Shown one piece after another: positions 51,501-63,455 of a DNA stretch of 64,000 nucleotides. A model generated the notes under the pieces. That model did not search any database, was not told where the DNA came from, and worked only from the letters and a program-made list of their open reading frames with translations. The stretch is from Mytilus trossulus (Eukaryota). Each line of letters opens with the position of its first letter. Within the stretch, counting starts at the first letter, position 1. The position numbers and the translations under genes are program-made. Where the stretch lies: positions 1,302,001 to 1,366,000 of the forward strand of contig NC_086386.1 of the NCBI RefSeq assembly GCF_036588685.1, read 5' to 3'.

Positions 51501-54247
51501 TTGTTGTTTGTTGATGTGGTTCATAAATGTTTCTCATTTCTCTTTTTATTTTGTAGATTTGATTCTTGGTTTTCTCGTTTAAATGGTTTTACACTAGTCA
51601 TTAATGGAGCCCTTTATAATTTGCTGTTTGGTGTGAGCCAAGGATCCGTGTTGAAGACCATACTTTGACCTATAATTGTTTACTTTTACAAATTGTGACT
51701 TGGATGGAGAGTTGTCTCTTTGGCACTCATAACATCTTCTTATACATGTATCTATGATGACCTTCTGCTGTTGTTTTTTATTTGGTCGGGTTGTTGTCTC
51801 TTTGACACATTCCCCATTTCCATTCTCAATTTTATCTATGAGTTTGAATGAGCACCAGGACCTAATAATATGTCAAGCTCTACATCATTCTTAGGATGTT
51901 TGTACTAAATACACACTTACCATTAGGGTGAAACATTTTAGATACAAATCGTACTGTAGGAAATTTGTACTAAATACACACTTACCATTAGGGTGAAACA
52001 TTTAAGATACAAATCGTACTGTAGAAATCTATACTAAATACACACTTACCATTAGGGTGAAACATTTAAGATACAAATCGTACTGTAGGAAATCTGTACT
52101 AAATACACACTTACCATTAGGGTGAAACATTTTAGATACAAATCGTACTGTAGGGGGTTTATTTGGATATTCTTCAGTGAATTCTACTGTTAATTTAAAT
52201 GTACCATCTTCAAAAGGTGTGTCATGTGGCCTAAAACAGAATATATAACAAATAAAGTTCATGAAACAAGCAATAAAATAAGACTGTAAACAAACTAAGC
52301 TCAAATTTCAAAATGTATGTTAAGAAATCATTTTATAATTATAGGGATGCAGTAGTGTCAAGTCTCTTCTTTTAACATGAGACTCCACATATGCATGCTT
52401 AATTGGTGGCATTTTTCTTTGATTCATTGTTCTTCTCTGATGTTTTCTGGAAACCATAACAGGGTCAGGATCGATATCATGTATCATAACAGAGTTCTCA
52501 CATGAGCCCATGAGTCATAATGAAAATCTGTATTTGAAAAATGTCAAAATAATTCTGTTGCCCTGTTTATCATTTCTTTGATCAGAGTCATTTAACCATA
52601 TTGTAATCAGGATACTAAGGAAAATAAATGTAGAATGGTATAGAAAGAAAACAGCTCTAGAGAGGGAGTTTTTTGTTCGAGATAAGTGTTCTTCAAAGTT
52701 TTAAGATTATGCCCCCATATTGTTGAGTCTGCAGTTTAAATGTTGTAAACTTGTATAACTGTTTCTTTGGTTTATTTAAAGGCACTGGCTACGGTTACAC
52801 GGAAATGTAACAATAATAAAAATATTATTGTTACATTGGAGACTAAATGCCAGAATGCATGGTTGGGCAAGGACCTGTTTAGTTACGAATGTAACAATAA
52901 TTATTGAGGCTACGGTTACATTGCGTTATTGTTACATGAAAAACAGCAATGTACGATGGGACTAGTAATATGTACTAAATTATAAAAGTTGTAGACATTT
53001 ATTTTATATTTACAATACATAAATTTATTACATACAATTTATTTACTGTAACTTTTTATTTACAATGACAATTTCTACAAATCCAGTAACTGGTTTTGAA
53101 AGTCCGACATTTTTTATGAACACAATTACATCCTCCACGGAAACGTGTACATACAAAAGTTCTTAGTATTTAAGTTACAGTTAGCAAACTTTGCTTTTGA
53201 TGTATCAATTTGCGTCAAGTTGTATAGCTGTATGAAATTTATGTCTTGATATTGTTTCAGTTTCGTTTAAAACGCATCCCAAGTTTTCTTTTTTTTCTCT
53301 CACCCTAAACACTATTTGTTGAATAATAATATTTACTATCTATCATTATTACAAGTATTATTTGGTACATATGAAAGAATTAAGCAACACGACTATAGAA
53401 GATTTAAGTTTAATAAACAAGCGTACTGTTTTTCATGTAACAATAAAGTTATGTAACCGTAGCCTCAGTAATTATTGTTACATTCGTAATTTTTCGGTTC
53501 CTCGCCAACTTTGCATTCCGGCAATTAGTCTCCCATGTAACAATAATATTTTTATTATTGTTACATTTCCATGTAACCGTAGCCAGTGCCTTATTTAAAT
53601 TGTATAATATTTAACTTTTAATTGACTTTGTGGTTCAGTTCAGACTACACCAGGATCTAATTAATTATTCATGCGACCAGGATCCCTGAAATCACGCTAC
53701 CAGAAGATTTCTAGGGTCACCCTGTTAAAGTGTATCATAGGCACTGGCAGTTGCATTGGCATAAGTAGATCTGTGGCTTATATGGCAATATGGCTAAAAG
53801 ATACACAGTTTTTTTGTAGAAGATGATGCATGTTTGTAATTGGCTTTTTATTTATTCTTTCCATGAAAGGGCACCTGTAACTTATTCAAATGTTCCTAAA
53901 TGTTTAATGTTGTTGTGCTGGAATTAGTAAACTCTGATTATTCAATGACAATGAATAGGGATTGACCTGATTATTATGACAAATTATGTTTCTCCACAAA
54001 ACTTACCCAAATATTACTGCATTCCACAACATTATGTTATTGTCTGTTGGGGCACCACTTACACCAGCAGGTGGATCTTCTTGTAATCTGAAAATGAACA
54101 GTAAGAACTTTGTAAAAAAAATATATAAACAAAAACGGAAGCCATGTTTGATAACTGTTTTGAAGTACATAATTCGTTTTAAATGAGAATAGGGCTACAC
54201 TACCTTTTAAAATCTCTCATCAATCGTCTCCTAGCAGGTGTTGACAT
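48528..54247 (-). CDS. UBE2A: Ubiquitin-conjugating enzyme E2 RAD6 (UBE2A/UBE2B orthologue), isoform using the distal last exon, 158 aa
   Basis: Exons 54247-54204 ([15 protein letters not shown]), 54087-54007 ([27 protein letters not shown]), 52230-52115 ([38 protein letters not shown]), 50635-50547 ([30 protein letters not shown], with the catalytic Cys) and 48674-48528 ([48 protein letters not shown]). Confidence 0.96.
49527..49691 (-). CDS. UBE2A: Alternative (proximal) terminal exon of RAD6/UBE2A with acidic tail, giving a 164-aa isoform
   Basis: Acceptor TCTTTCTGATTTTAG, then phase-0 [54 protein letters not shown]. It is an intact paralogue of the 48674-48528 exon. Confidence 0.88.
   Translation of the reverse strand, partial: SLLHDPNPNSPANNEAAQLYRENRREYEKKVASIVQQSWQDDSDDEEDTTKELS
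50125..50590 (-). repeat. 42-bp tandem array (10 donors) spanning the UBE2A exon 4 donor
   Basis: Minus-strand unit GTAAGGTTACATATAACACTAGCCATATTTACCTCTATACAG. Donors at 50546 (authentic), 50504, 50462, 50420, 50374, 50332, 50290, 50248, 50206 and 50164. Confidence 0.96.
50702..51136 (-). mobile_element. Short HINE-like dispersed element; related copies at about 20930-21205 (+) and 55765-56040 (+)
   Basis: Shared ends TTTTTATGCCC(C)ACCTA...TAGTAGAGGG and GGCATCCGTGTACT.TGGACAC.TTCTTGTT, and shared core GGTCAAGGTAGTTTTTGATGAAG.TGAAGTC. Confidence 0.7.
51899..52154 (-). repeat. 65-bp tandem array (4 copies) spanning the UBE2A exon 3 donor
   Basis: Minus-strand unit CCTACAGTACGATTTGTATCTAAAATGTTTCACCCTAATG|GTAAGTGTGTATTTAGTACAGATTT. 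Donors at 52114 (authentic), 52049, 51985 and 51920. Confidence 0.95.
52781..53590. mobile_element. Mutator/MULE-like non-autonomous element
   Basis: 9-bp TSD TTATTTAAA (52772-52780 and 53591-53599). ~160-bp imperfect TIRs GGCACTGGCTACGGTTACA... / ...TGTAACCGTAGCCAGTGCC with internal TGTAACAATAAT palindromic subrepeats. Confidence 0.85.
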
Positions 54248-57200
54248 TGTTATACGTTATATTTTACAATAATTGTGCCTTTATCGCAGTATTTGATTGA
54301 TATTTCCCTAATTAATGCGGAGAGATTTTTCTTGTTTATGACGTTCTCATACGGGTTCTTTTCGTTTTTCGGTATTCTGTGCAGATGGATAAATCTGAAG
54401 AAATCTAACGAATGTTTCGAATGAAATAAGATCATGTGATATTTCAATCGGTAAATGCCATTCGTCACAATTCGGCAGATTCCGTACATTCAGAAGGAGA
54501 GCACAGGATCCACCGAGCATTGCCGAATGCGGTAAATGCTTATATTTTTTGTAAAAAGCGCTTCATTCTAAAAATGTACGCACGGTCAACGCTTTTACAA
54601 CCCTATAAAGTTTCAAAAAGAAGTATTCAATACTTATAATTACATTTTTTTAGCTAAAATCATGAAAACACGACTGATTTTTATCCAGTTTTATTTAATT
54701 CACCTGTGCACTTTTTTGTGAGACCTCGTGTCATCATGCATGATAAATGTTATTGTCTGATGCAATTGTTTACGGAATAACATGTTAGCCAATCAGAATA
54801 ACGTATTATATACTTTATAGTACAGCCCGAAGAATGCCCTCAGATTTGAGGGAATCTCCAATTTCACAACTGATTACCTTCACAGTTTGAAGTCATTGTA
54901 AATTATATATCACTCTTCCCAATAAACTGACCACAGATGTTACACATAGATTATCTGATAAGAAAGTCAACATTTTGGCATTTTCTGTCTTTTCTTGAAA
55001 AATAAATATTTCTACTACTTGTAACATTATCTTCTTCATAGGATTTTGACAAACAAGTCACCTTTTTCATCAATCATGTTTAAATACAGTTAAAGGAATA
55101 TAAAATAAAGTTATGAATATTTTTTATTATTTTTTTTTTAAATGATATTTTTGTCATTTTGAAGATTAATTTTGATTAGAAATGAATATTCTTTGAAATT
55201 TTAACATTTTTTTGATAAATTTGATTTAATTATAAAACAAAAATCCCTTTAATGTTTAAACAATTTTTTTTTATAAAATATTCATGAAGCAAACACAATT
55301 TAGGATAAGAACACCCCTCCCCCTTTTTATACGCCTGCTTAAAGGAAGTCTTATGTTATATCTTTGTCTGCCCGTCTTTTACATGTCAGACATCAACATT
55401 ATCTAGTATTTGGAGAAAACTCAAAAAACGCTTTCAGTAGTTCTCATGAAACTTTTGTGAATTGTGAATTTATATTTATTTAATCTGCCTTTTGGTTTTT
55501 TTTTATAAATTTTAGATTTCACATTCCCTAGTGATGATATTTATTCATGAAAAGGAGTGATTCTCTTGTTTTCAGAGAATAACCTTAAAATGCTTTGACC
55601 TTTTTTCGTTAAACTTTGTTGACTGAGTTATATCTATTAAGATCACCCCCCCCCCCCCCTTTTTTCATAAATTTCTGGTATGACATTGAGAAGTTAGTGA
55701 CTGTATTTTTGAACACCGTTAGGCGTATCATACGCTAGATGGCTCATGGTGCATCTGTTGTTTATTTTTATGCCCACCTATAATAGTAGAGGGGCTTTAG
55801 GTTTTCTGGTTGTAGCGTCCGTTTGTCCGTCCTTATGTCTGTCCCGCTTCAGGTTAAAGTTTTTGGTCAAGGTAGTTTTTGTTGAAGTTGGAATCCGATC
55901 AACTTGAAACTTAGTACACATGTTCCCTATGATATGATCTTTCTAATTCTAAGGCCAAATTAGAATTTTTCCAATTTCACTGAACTATAGAAAATGATAG
56001 TGCGAGTGGGGCAACCGTGTACTGTGGACACGTTCTTGTTGTGCTTAATTTTCATTTTTAAAACATCTTCAAGTGCTGGAACTTTTCCCTGTGTTGAAGA
56101 CCCATTGGTGGCCTTCATAGGTTTTCTGCTCTCTTGTCGGGTTGTTGTCTCTGACACATTCCCCATTTCCATTCTCATTTTTATTTCATATTTCAACTTT
56201 TTTTCTCTTATTCTAAGCGTTTCATCTCACTCATTTCAATGCGATGCTATCACAATAAAAGTAGTTTATGTACATATTGCCCCTCTATTCAGTGGAAAAT
56301 AAAAAAGGTGTGTGTGTCCACTCCATATGATTTGCACGTAAACAGAATTAGAAAATATTTTAGCCTTTAAAGAATATATGGATTGTTTGTTACTTGGATG
56401 GAGAGTTGTCTCATTGGCACTCACACCACATCTTCCTATATCTATTGGTCCTGAACCTGATTGATTTCAAAATAGTTATATAGAGAATCACTGTCTGCCT
56501 TAGAGGGTCCTGCTCTTGTTAGGCTTCAGTGATTCCCTATTTAATCAATCAAATGTCTCCCAGAAAAGAGGGGTGGCTTGGTCCCCCCTCTAAATCGGCC
56601 TCTGGAGTATCACCATAGTAAAAGCAAATTCGAACCATTCTAAGTATTACAAGAAAGAAAACATATAGGTTAGGAATACCTGATGAGGAAAGGTGGCCGT
56701 AACCGAAACACCTCCGTTAGTATTAGAAACTCAGACCAGATTTTGTTTTTTCATCTTAATATGCACACACAATAATTATATACTACAAGCTTGCAACTGG
56801 AAATAAAAAAAGTAAATAAAAATAAAATTGAGAATGGAAATGGGGAATGTGTCAAAGAGACAACAACCCGACCAAAAAAATAAAAAAACACAACATGTAT
56901 GCTAAAAAATGTATTCTATAAAAACTTTTTTAACAAGAAATATTTATCCTTCACTGAATATACCAGCTTCAAATATATGCACATGAAAAATGGAATTAAT
57001 TACTGAGGCTATAATAAGATAGTCTAGATTATAGTCCTGGGCCCGATTGACAATAATATAATATTAAAACATATAAAATTTGCTAAATTTAAAATATTTA
57101 TCATAGCATTTCCAAATAAGCTGCAGAAATCCTAAAGAAAAATTAAATTAAATTTATATATTATTTAAATGAATTTTTGAGGTAATGTTTTTCATTTAAA

Positions 57201-58292
57201 ATACCTTGACTGAGAATTTTTGTAGACAAGAATATAAAATGTAGAGGATATGAAAATTAAATAATTTTGACCAACTAGCCATCTGTGTTCATTTGATAAC
57301 ATCAGTGGACACCAACTGTGATAGAAGCACTTAACCTAATCATTTAATTGCTTGTATAAACAATCAATTACAAGGTTTCAATGTTGAATATCAGGGAAAA
57401 TCCGGGCTGTTCTCTAAAGTATATAATGAAACTTACATCTAATGTAATTATAAAGAATTGGAAATATAACACTATGGAAAATATAAGTGTACAATTCTTG
57501 CCAGATATCATATAAGATTAATATTAGCAATGCCTCTACCAATTTTGAAAATCAGTGCCTATTAACAAATTGTTAAAGAATTGTGATCATTGGAAATATC
57601 TAAAAAAAAAAAAAATAATATAAAAATGGTTTTTAAAGAAAAAATATGCTTGTCAGTTATTGTCCTGGGACAGAAAATGGACCATTCAAGTTAATATCTG
57701 CTAAAGGGGGGTGGATGGTCCTTTCTGAGGGGTGTAAAATTTATACATCTTAGGGGTGATTTTTTTTCATCTGACACGTACACTTATACGCAAAAAACTT
57801 CCGAAGTTCTTGCAGCAGCAAATAATTAAAAATAATTACATCTTAGGGGTTGAGAAAAATGCGTATGTCAGATCTTATGGGTGCTTTGGAATGCAGACAG
57901 TTTCGTATCATGCATTATCTGGTATTGTATTAAAAAATTCTGATGGCCACAATCCTTGCAGTAAAAAATTCTGATGGGTCATTTTTTCAGTGCCATGAAA
58001 GCCCATCGACCCAATATGAAAAGAAACTCTACATCTGATATGTCTTAATTTTTAGATCTGATAGGTAGTTTTTCATGTGGTTTTTTTCTGATACGTATAA
58101 AAAAAATCTCCCTATCCACCTGTCAGAAATTAACTGGAATGGCCCAATATGTACGGTGGGCGCGGACAATGGAACAATGGAACTCTGCATGTTCTTTTAT
58201 TTTTTTCACTATTTATTTTACATGTTTAAAATATTAATAAAATCTGAGACTAGTCTCAGATAAAATGTTTACATAAAAAATCTGTATGATAT

Positions 58293-58589
58293 GAGGGTGG
58301 TAAAGGAGGTGCCTTCTTGACGAATAAACGGTAAAAATTTTGATAAATGACGTTTAGTAGGTTTACGGTAAAAATTCTTGACAAAAATTTAATGACGATA
58401 ACGGTAATTTTTGATGCATGACGATAAAATATGCACTTTCTTTTAGGCGAGATTTTTTAAAAATAACGGTAACGATATTTATTTCAGTGAGGCCTCTAAC
58501 GAATCACGGTAAAACTTAAATCATTTTGATGCTAACGGTAGCCAAAAATGGCCGTTTGACGCCTGACTGTAAAGGGCATTACGACCCTC
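58293..58589. mobile_element. MITE with GAGG...CCTC termini and 6-bp TSD
   Basis: TGATAT|GAGGGTGGTAA ... TTACGACCCTC|TGATAT, with internal ACGGTAA/GACG subrepeats. Confidence 0.65.
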
Positions 58590-58792
58590 TGATATGTTAT
58601 TCAGTGACATTATTTTCATAATATTTTTGAAATCAAGTTGTCGTGGCGTGTTACATATATGTATTGCCTTTTCGGAAGAAACCGACGTTCACCCCGCTTT
58701 TCGGATTGTATGTATTATTTGTCTCACAGACTGGTGTGGCTAAATCATTGTTTTTCTGTGCAATATTTTTTATTTTGTTTATATGAGTTATA

Positions 58793-59030
58793 CAATTGAG
58801 AATGGAAATGGGGAATGTGCCAAAGAGACAACAACCCGACCATAGAGCAGACAACAGCAGAAGGTCACCAACAGGTCTTCACTGATGCAACGAGAAATTC
58901 CCGCATCCGGAGACGTCTTTCTGCTGTCACCTAAAAAAAATATACTAGTTCAGTGATAATGAACGCTATACTAAATTCCAAATTGTACACAAGAAACTAA
59001 AAGTTAAAATAATACAAGACTAACAAAGAC
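58793..59030 (+). repeat. Dispersed repeat beginning AATTGAGAATGGAAATGGGGAATGTG(T/C)CAAAGAGACAACAACCCGACC
   Basis: Further copies or fragments at about 1750-1795 (reverse), 27565-27630, 51780-51835 (reverse), 56095-56185 (reverse) and 56825-56875. Confidence 0.75.
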
Positions 59031-60706
59031 CGATTTTTAATTGTCCTCTTGGTATTTTTTCACTATATCTCTTTATGACAGCTTCGTTGGTAATATGTTA
59101 AGGAAGGTTATACATGTTATACATGTCACAGTAGTGCTAATTCTCAAGTTATTAAGACCCTTGAACATGTTTAGAAAATTTTATTTACACACAAACATTT
59201 TTTTCAAGACCCTTGAACATGTTTAGAAAATTTTATTTACACACAAACATTTTTTTCAAGACCCTTGAACATGTTTAGAAAATTTTATTTACACACAAAC
59301 ATTTTTTTCCTTCTATGAATTGTAGATGTAAGCTGGCATTTGATTTATAACTGTTCAGTAATGAGTTGTTAAAACTGGAATCGTTAAGTTAAGAGCCTGC
59401 TAACACCTAGTGCCAATTTAGCTGTATTTTTTAAATATTATTTGACACAAAGGCGGGATAAATGCAAAAGAATGGGCTAGCAGTTATAAGCGTAACATAC
59501 AAATACTATCAAATCAATTTAGCTGTATTTTTTTTTTAAATATTATTTGACACAAAGGCGGAATAAATGCAAAAGAATGGGCTAGCAGTTATAAGCGTAA
59601 CATACAAATACTATCAAATGAATAGGCTAGTTAATATAATAATTTGGATTAAAAAAGATAAATTATACAATTATAATAATCTGTGACAGAACAATTGTCG
59701 CCGGGTCCATATTTTACAGTCCTATTAGAACAGTAAAAAAAAACAGCACCTAAAATCAGATAAAGATGGCACAAAATAACTGGATTCTTGACATTGAGGA
59801 ATATTCTTTAAGCCGGACCATTGCAGTCTGAACTTGTATATTCTAGTAATCTATGGTACTTAGGCATTGTTAACTCATACTTCTCATATCTATAGACAAT
59901 AAAGAACAATAGAACAATACTATGACAAATGGAAAGTTAGGAAACTTAATGCGATTTAACATGATAATTTTGTTGATATGGAGTTCTATTGTAAATTACG
60001 AACTACATTGAAACTTATATACAATACCGTAGTTGTTGACCATTTAAGTGTCAATCGGATTAATAATTATAGTGATTATAGACATTATATACACGAAAGA
60101 ACGCTTAATTGTGCATCAGTGTCGGATCCAGAACTTTTCATAAGGGGCTCAGTTGACTGACCAAAGAGGGGACCCGCCCCAGTCATGCTTCAGTATAATT
60201 CCCTATATAATCAACCAAATTTTTCCCACGAAAGAGGGGGCCGGAACACCCCCCTCCCAGCCCCCCTGGATCTGCCTATGTGCATGTAAGACATTTCAAT
60301 ACTTGAACAGCTTATTCCTTCCTTTTTATTATAGAAGAAATAAGAAGAAGCTGTGGTATAATTGCCTCTTAGACAATTACGACAACTTGTGACCCTCCGC
60401 AAAAGACCAAAAGATAAATTGCCTTCAGATAACTCTCCACCAGAGACAAAATGACATAAAAGTAATGCCCAGCAGAAAAAGAACAAAATAGAAAGACATT
60501 AAAAGAAAAGAGAATAAATTTTAATTACTTAATTTCTTGATGCAATTACACTTAGAAAACCATAAAGATACGTTTTGGCAAGTTTAATTGAGCAAGTATT
60601 TTCATTTTATTTGAGTAAAAACACACATTGGACTTAAAACTACGCATTGATTAGGATTATCTTTAATGATAAATTTTTTGTTCGACGACTTATCTATGAC
60701 TTAATA

Positions 60707-62783
60707 TCCTCGGAGTAATATCTTCTGTTTGTGTACATGTACGTCATGCAGAACAAAATAAAATTCAATCATAGTCCAATTTTCTTATAAATGATTAAGC
60801 AGAAAAAGGTGAAAAATAATATATATTTGCCGATCTGACTTATTATCATAGATCTGCCGATATGACTTATTTCTTATAGATGCCGATATGACTTTTTTTT
60901 CTTATAGATGCCGATATGACTTTTTTTCTTATAGATGCCGATATGACTTTTTTTCTAGATGCCGATATGACCTTTTTCTTATAGATGCCGATATTACTTT
61001 TTTTCTAGATGCCGATATGACCTTTTTCTTATAGATGTTGATAGATCTACGACTTTTTTTCTTATAGATGCCGATATGACTTTTTTTTTCTAGATGCCGA
61101 TATGACCTTTTTCTTATAGATGCCGATATGACTTTTTTTTCTAGATGCCGATATGACCTTTTTCTTATAGATGCCGATAGATCTACGACTTTTTTTCTTA
61201 TAGATGCCGATATAACTTTTTTTTTCTAGATGCCGATATGACCTTTTTCTTATAGATGCCGATAGATCTACGACTTTTTTTCTTATAGATGCCGATCTGA
61301 CCTTTTTCTTATAGATGCCGATAGATCTAGCTACGACTTTTTTTCTTATAGATGCCTATATGACTTTTTTTTTATAGATGCCGATGTGACTTTTTTTATA
61401 TAGTTGCCGATTTGACTTTTTTTTTTATACATGCCAAAATGACTTCATTTTTATAAATGCCGATATCGATTTTTTTTAGATGCCGATGTGACTTTTAACG
61501 TTATAAAAAAAAAATTGTGTAAATCCCAATTTTTTTTTTATAACGTTAAAAGTTTAGGGACGTTAAAAGTTTAGGGACTTTCTATACTGTTACTTGGTCA
61601 AATCGGCACCGAATATTATTCGGTGCCGATTTGACCAACTGCCGCTTTAACTTTTATATGGGGGCCGATTTCACCAGCAGGTGCCGATTTGACTTATACC
61701 GATAATGACGTCGTCGTGCAACCCCTTGTGATCCCCAAACAAATATTTATATGATCACAAAGTCAACTTTGCAAACCCGAATTCGATTTGTTCAAAATCC
61801 TCGGAGTAATATCTTCTGTTTGTGTACATGTACGTCATGCAGAACAAAATAAAATTCAATCATAGTCCAATTTTCTTATAAATGATTAAGCAGAAAAAAG
61901 GTGAAAAATATTATTTGGTGCCGAATTGATAACTAACTATATAAATGCCGATCTGACTTATTATCATAGATCTGCCGGTATGACTTATTTCTTATAGATG
62001 CCGATATGACTTTTTTTCTTATAGATGCCGATATGACTTGTTTTTCTAGATGCCGATATGACCTTTTTCTTATAGATGCCGATAGATCTACGACTTTTTT
62101 TCTAATAGATGCCGATATGACTTTTTTTCTAGATGCCGATTTGACCTTTTTCTTATAGATGCCGATATAACTTTTTTTTTCTAGATGCCGATATGACCTT
62201 TTTCTTATAGATGCCGATAGATGTACGACTTTTTTTCTTATAGATGCCGATATGACCTTTTTCTAATAGATGCCGATATGACTCTTTTTTTTATAGATGC
62301 CGATGTGACTTTTTTTATATAGTTGCCGATATGACCTTTTTTTTTATATAGTTGCCGATATGACTTTTTTTTATATACATGCCGATATGACTTCTTTTTT
62401 TTAAATCGATATCGATTTTTTTAGATTCCGATGTGACTTTTAACGTTATTAAAAAAAATGTGATTTAATTAGGGACTTTCTATACTGTAACTTGGTCAAA
62501 TCGGCACCGAATACTATTCGATGCCGATTTGACAAACAAACAAATGAAGGTTTTAACGACCTTGACTGGCTATACAGCCCTTGCACGGTCGGGTCGGGCC
62601 GATTTGAACAACTGCCGCTTTAACTTTTATATGGGGGCCGATTTCACCAGCACAACAATGAGCAGGTGCCGATTTGACTTATACCGATAATGACGTCGTC
62701 GTGCAACCCCTTGTGATCCCCAAACAAATATTTATATGATCACTAAGTCAACTTTGCAAACCCGAATTCGATTTGTTCAAAAT
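60707..62783. repeat. ~1.09-kb tandem segmental duplication, each copy holding an ATAGATGCCGATATGAC(T)n minisatellite
   Basis: TCCTCGGAGTAATATCTTCTGTTTGTGTACATG starts at 60707 and 61798. Both copies end ...CCCGAATTCGATTTGTTCAAAAT. Confidence 0.9.
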
Positions 62784-63455
62784 TTTTAATCGTCCAATCA
62801 AAATTCATGTTACAAAGGATAAGTTCTTGCAATTCACGTTGGGACTAGTAACGTGAATCAGCCAGCGGATAGAAACTGTCTCAAATAAAACGACGTTTAT
62901 CAACAATATAATTCATTTTACATAAAACAGTTTTACAGCTCAAGGTATGTTTTCCTCGTAAAAAAACTAATAACACAGAAAAAATGCAAGTGCTGTACAA
63001 GAAAAAAACCAAAACAAAATAAAAAGGGGGGTTGAAAAACTTCTTGGTGCAAAACTTTTATACTCGTATTATTTTGTGCACTTGAGTTTGAACTACTATC
63101 TATCGAAACTTTCTTTGAAATAGTTTTCCTGTACTGTTTGTTTTTTATTATGTGTATTGTAACATTTGATAATCGAGTCTTATCAAAATTAAGGGTAGAG
63201 AGGGGTGATGTGAATTACACAGGTTTATGACATCTAGTAAATTCTATATGACTCACCCTTGGCTGTTGGATTGTGTTATGACAAGTATCATACATGTAGA
63301 TGGCCATGTTGGTTGATAAGTTAGTGTAGCAACTTCAATAAAAGTGAATAATTCTATTATATTAAACATAAAATAATTCACACTCTGTAGTTTTGAAAAT
63401 AGTTTTTAAAACATTTGTTACATATCTTTACCTTACCATTATTTTTTTCTAGAAA

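Noticed and set aside
59150-59620. Short direct duplications (53 bp x3 and ~101 bp x2); similar ones at about 46521-46615 and 38770-38930
   Set aside because: Ordinary local tandem duplications with no link to recognised exons or motifs. Noted only as background for the duplication rate.
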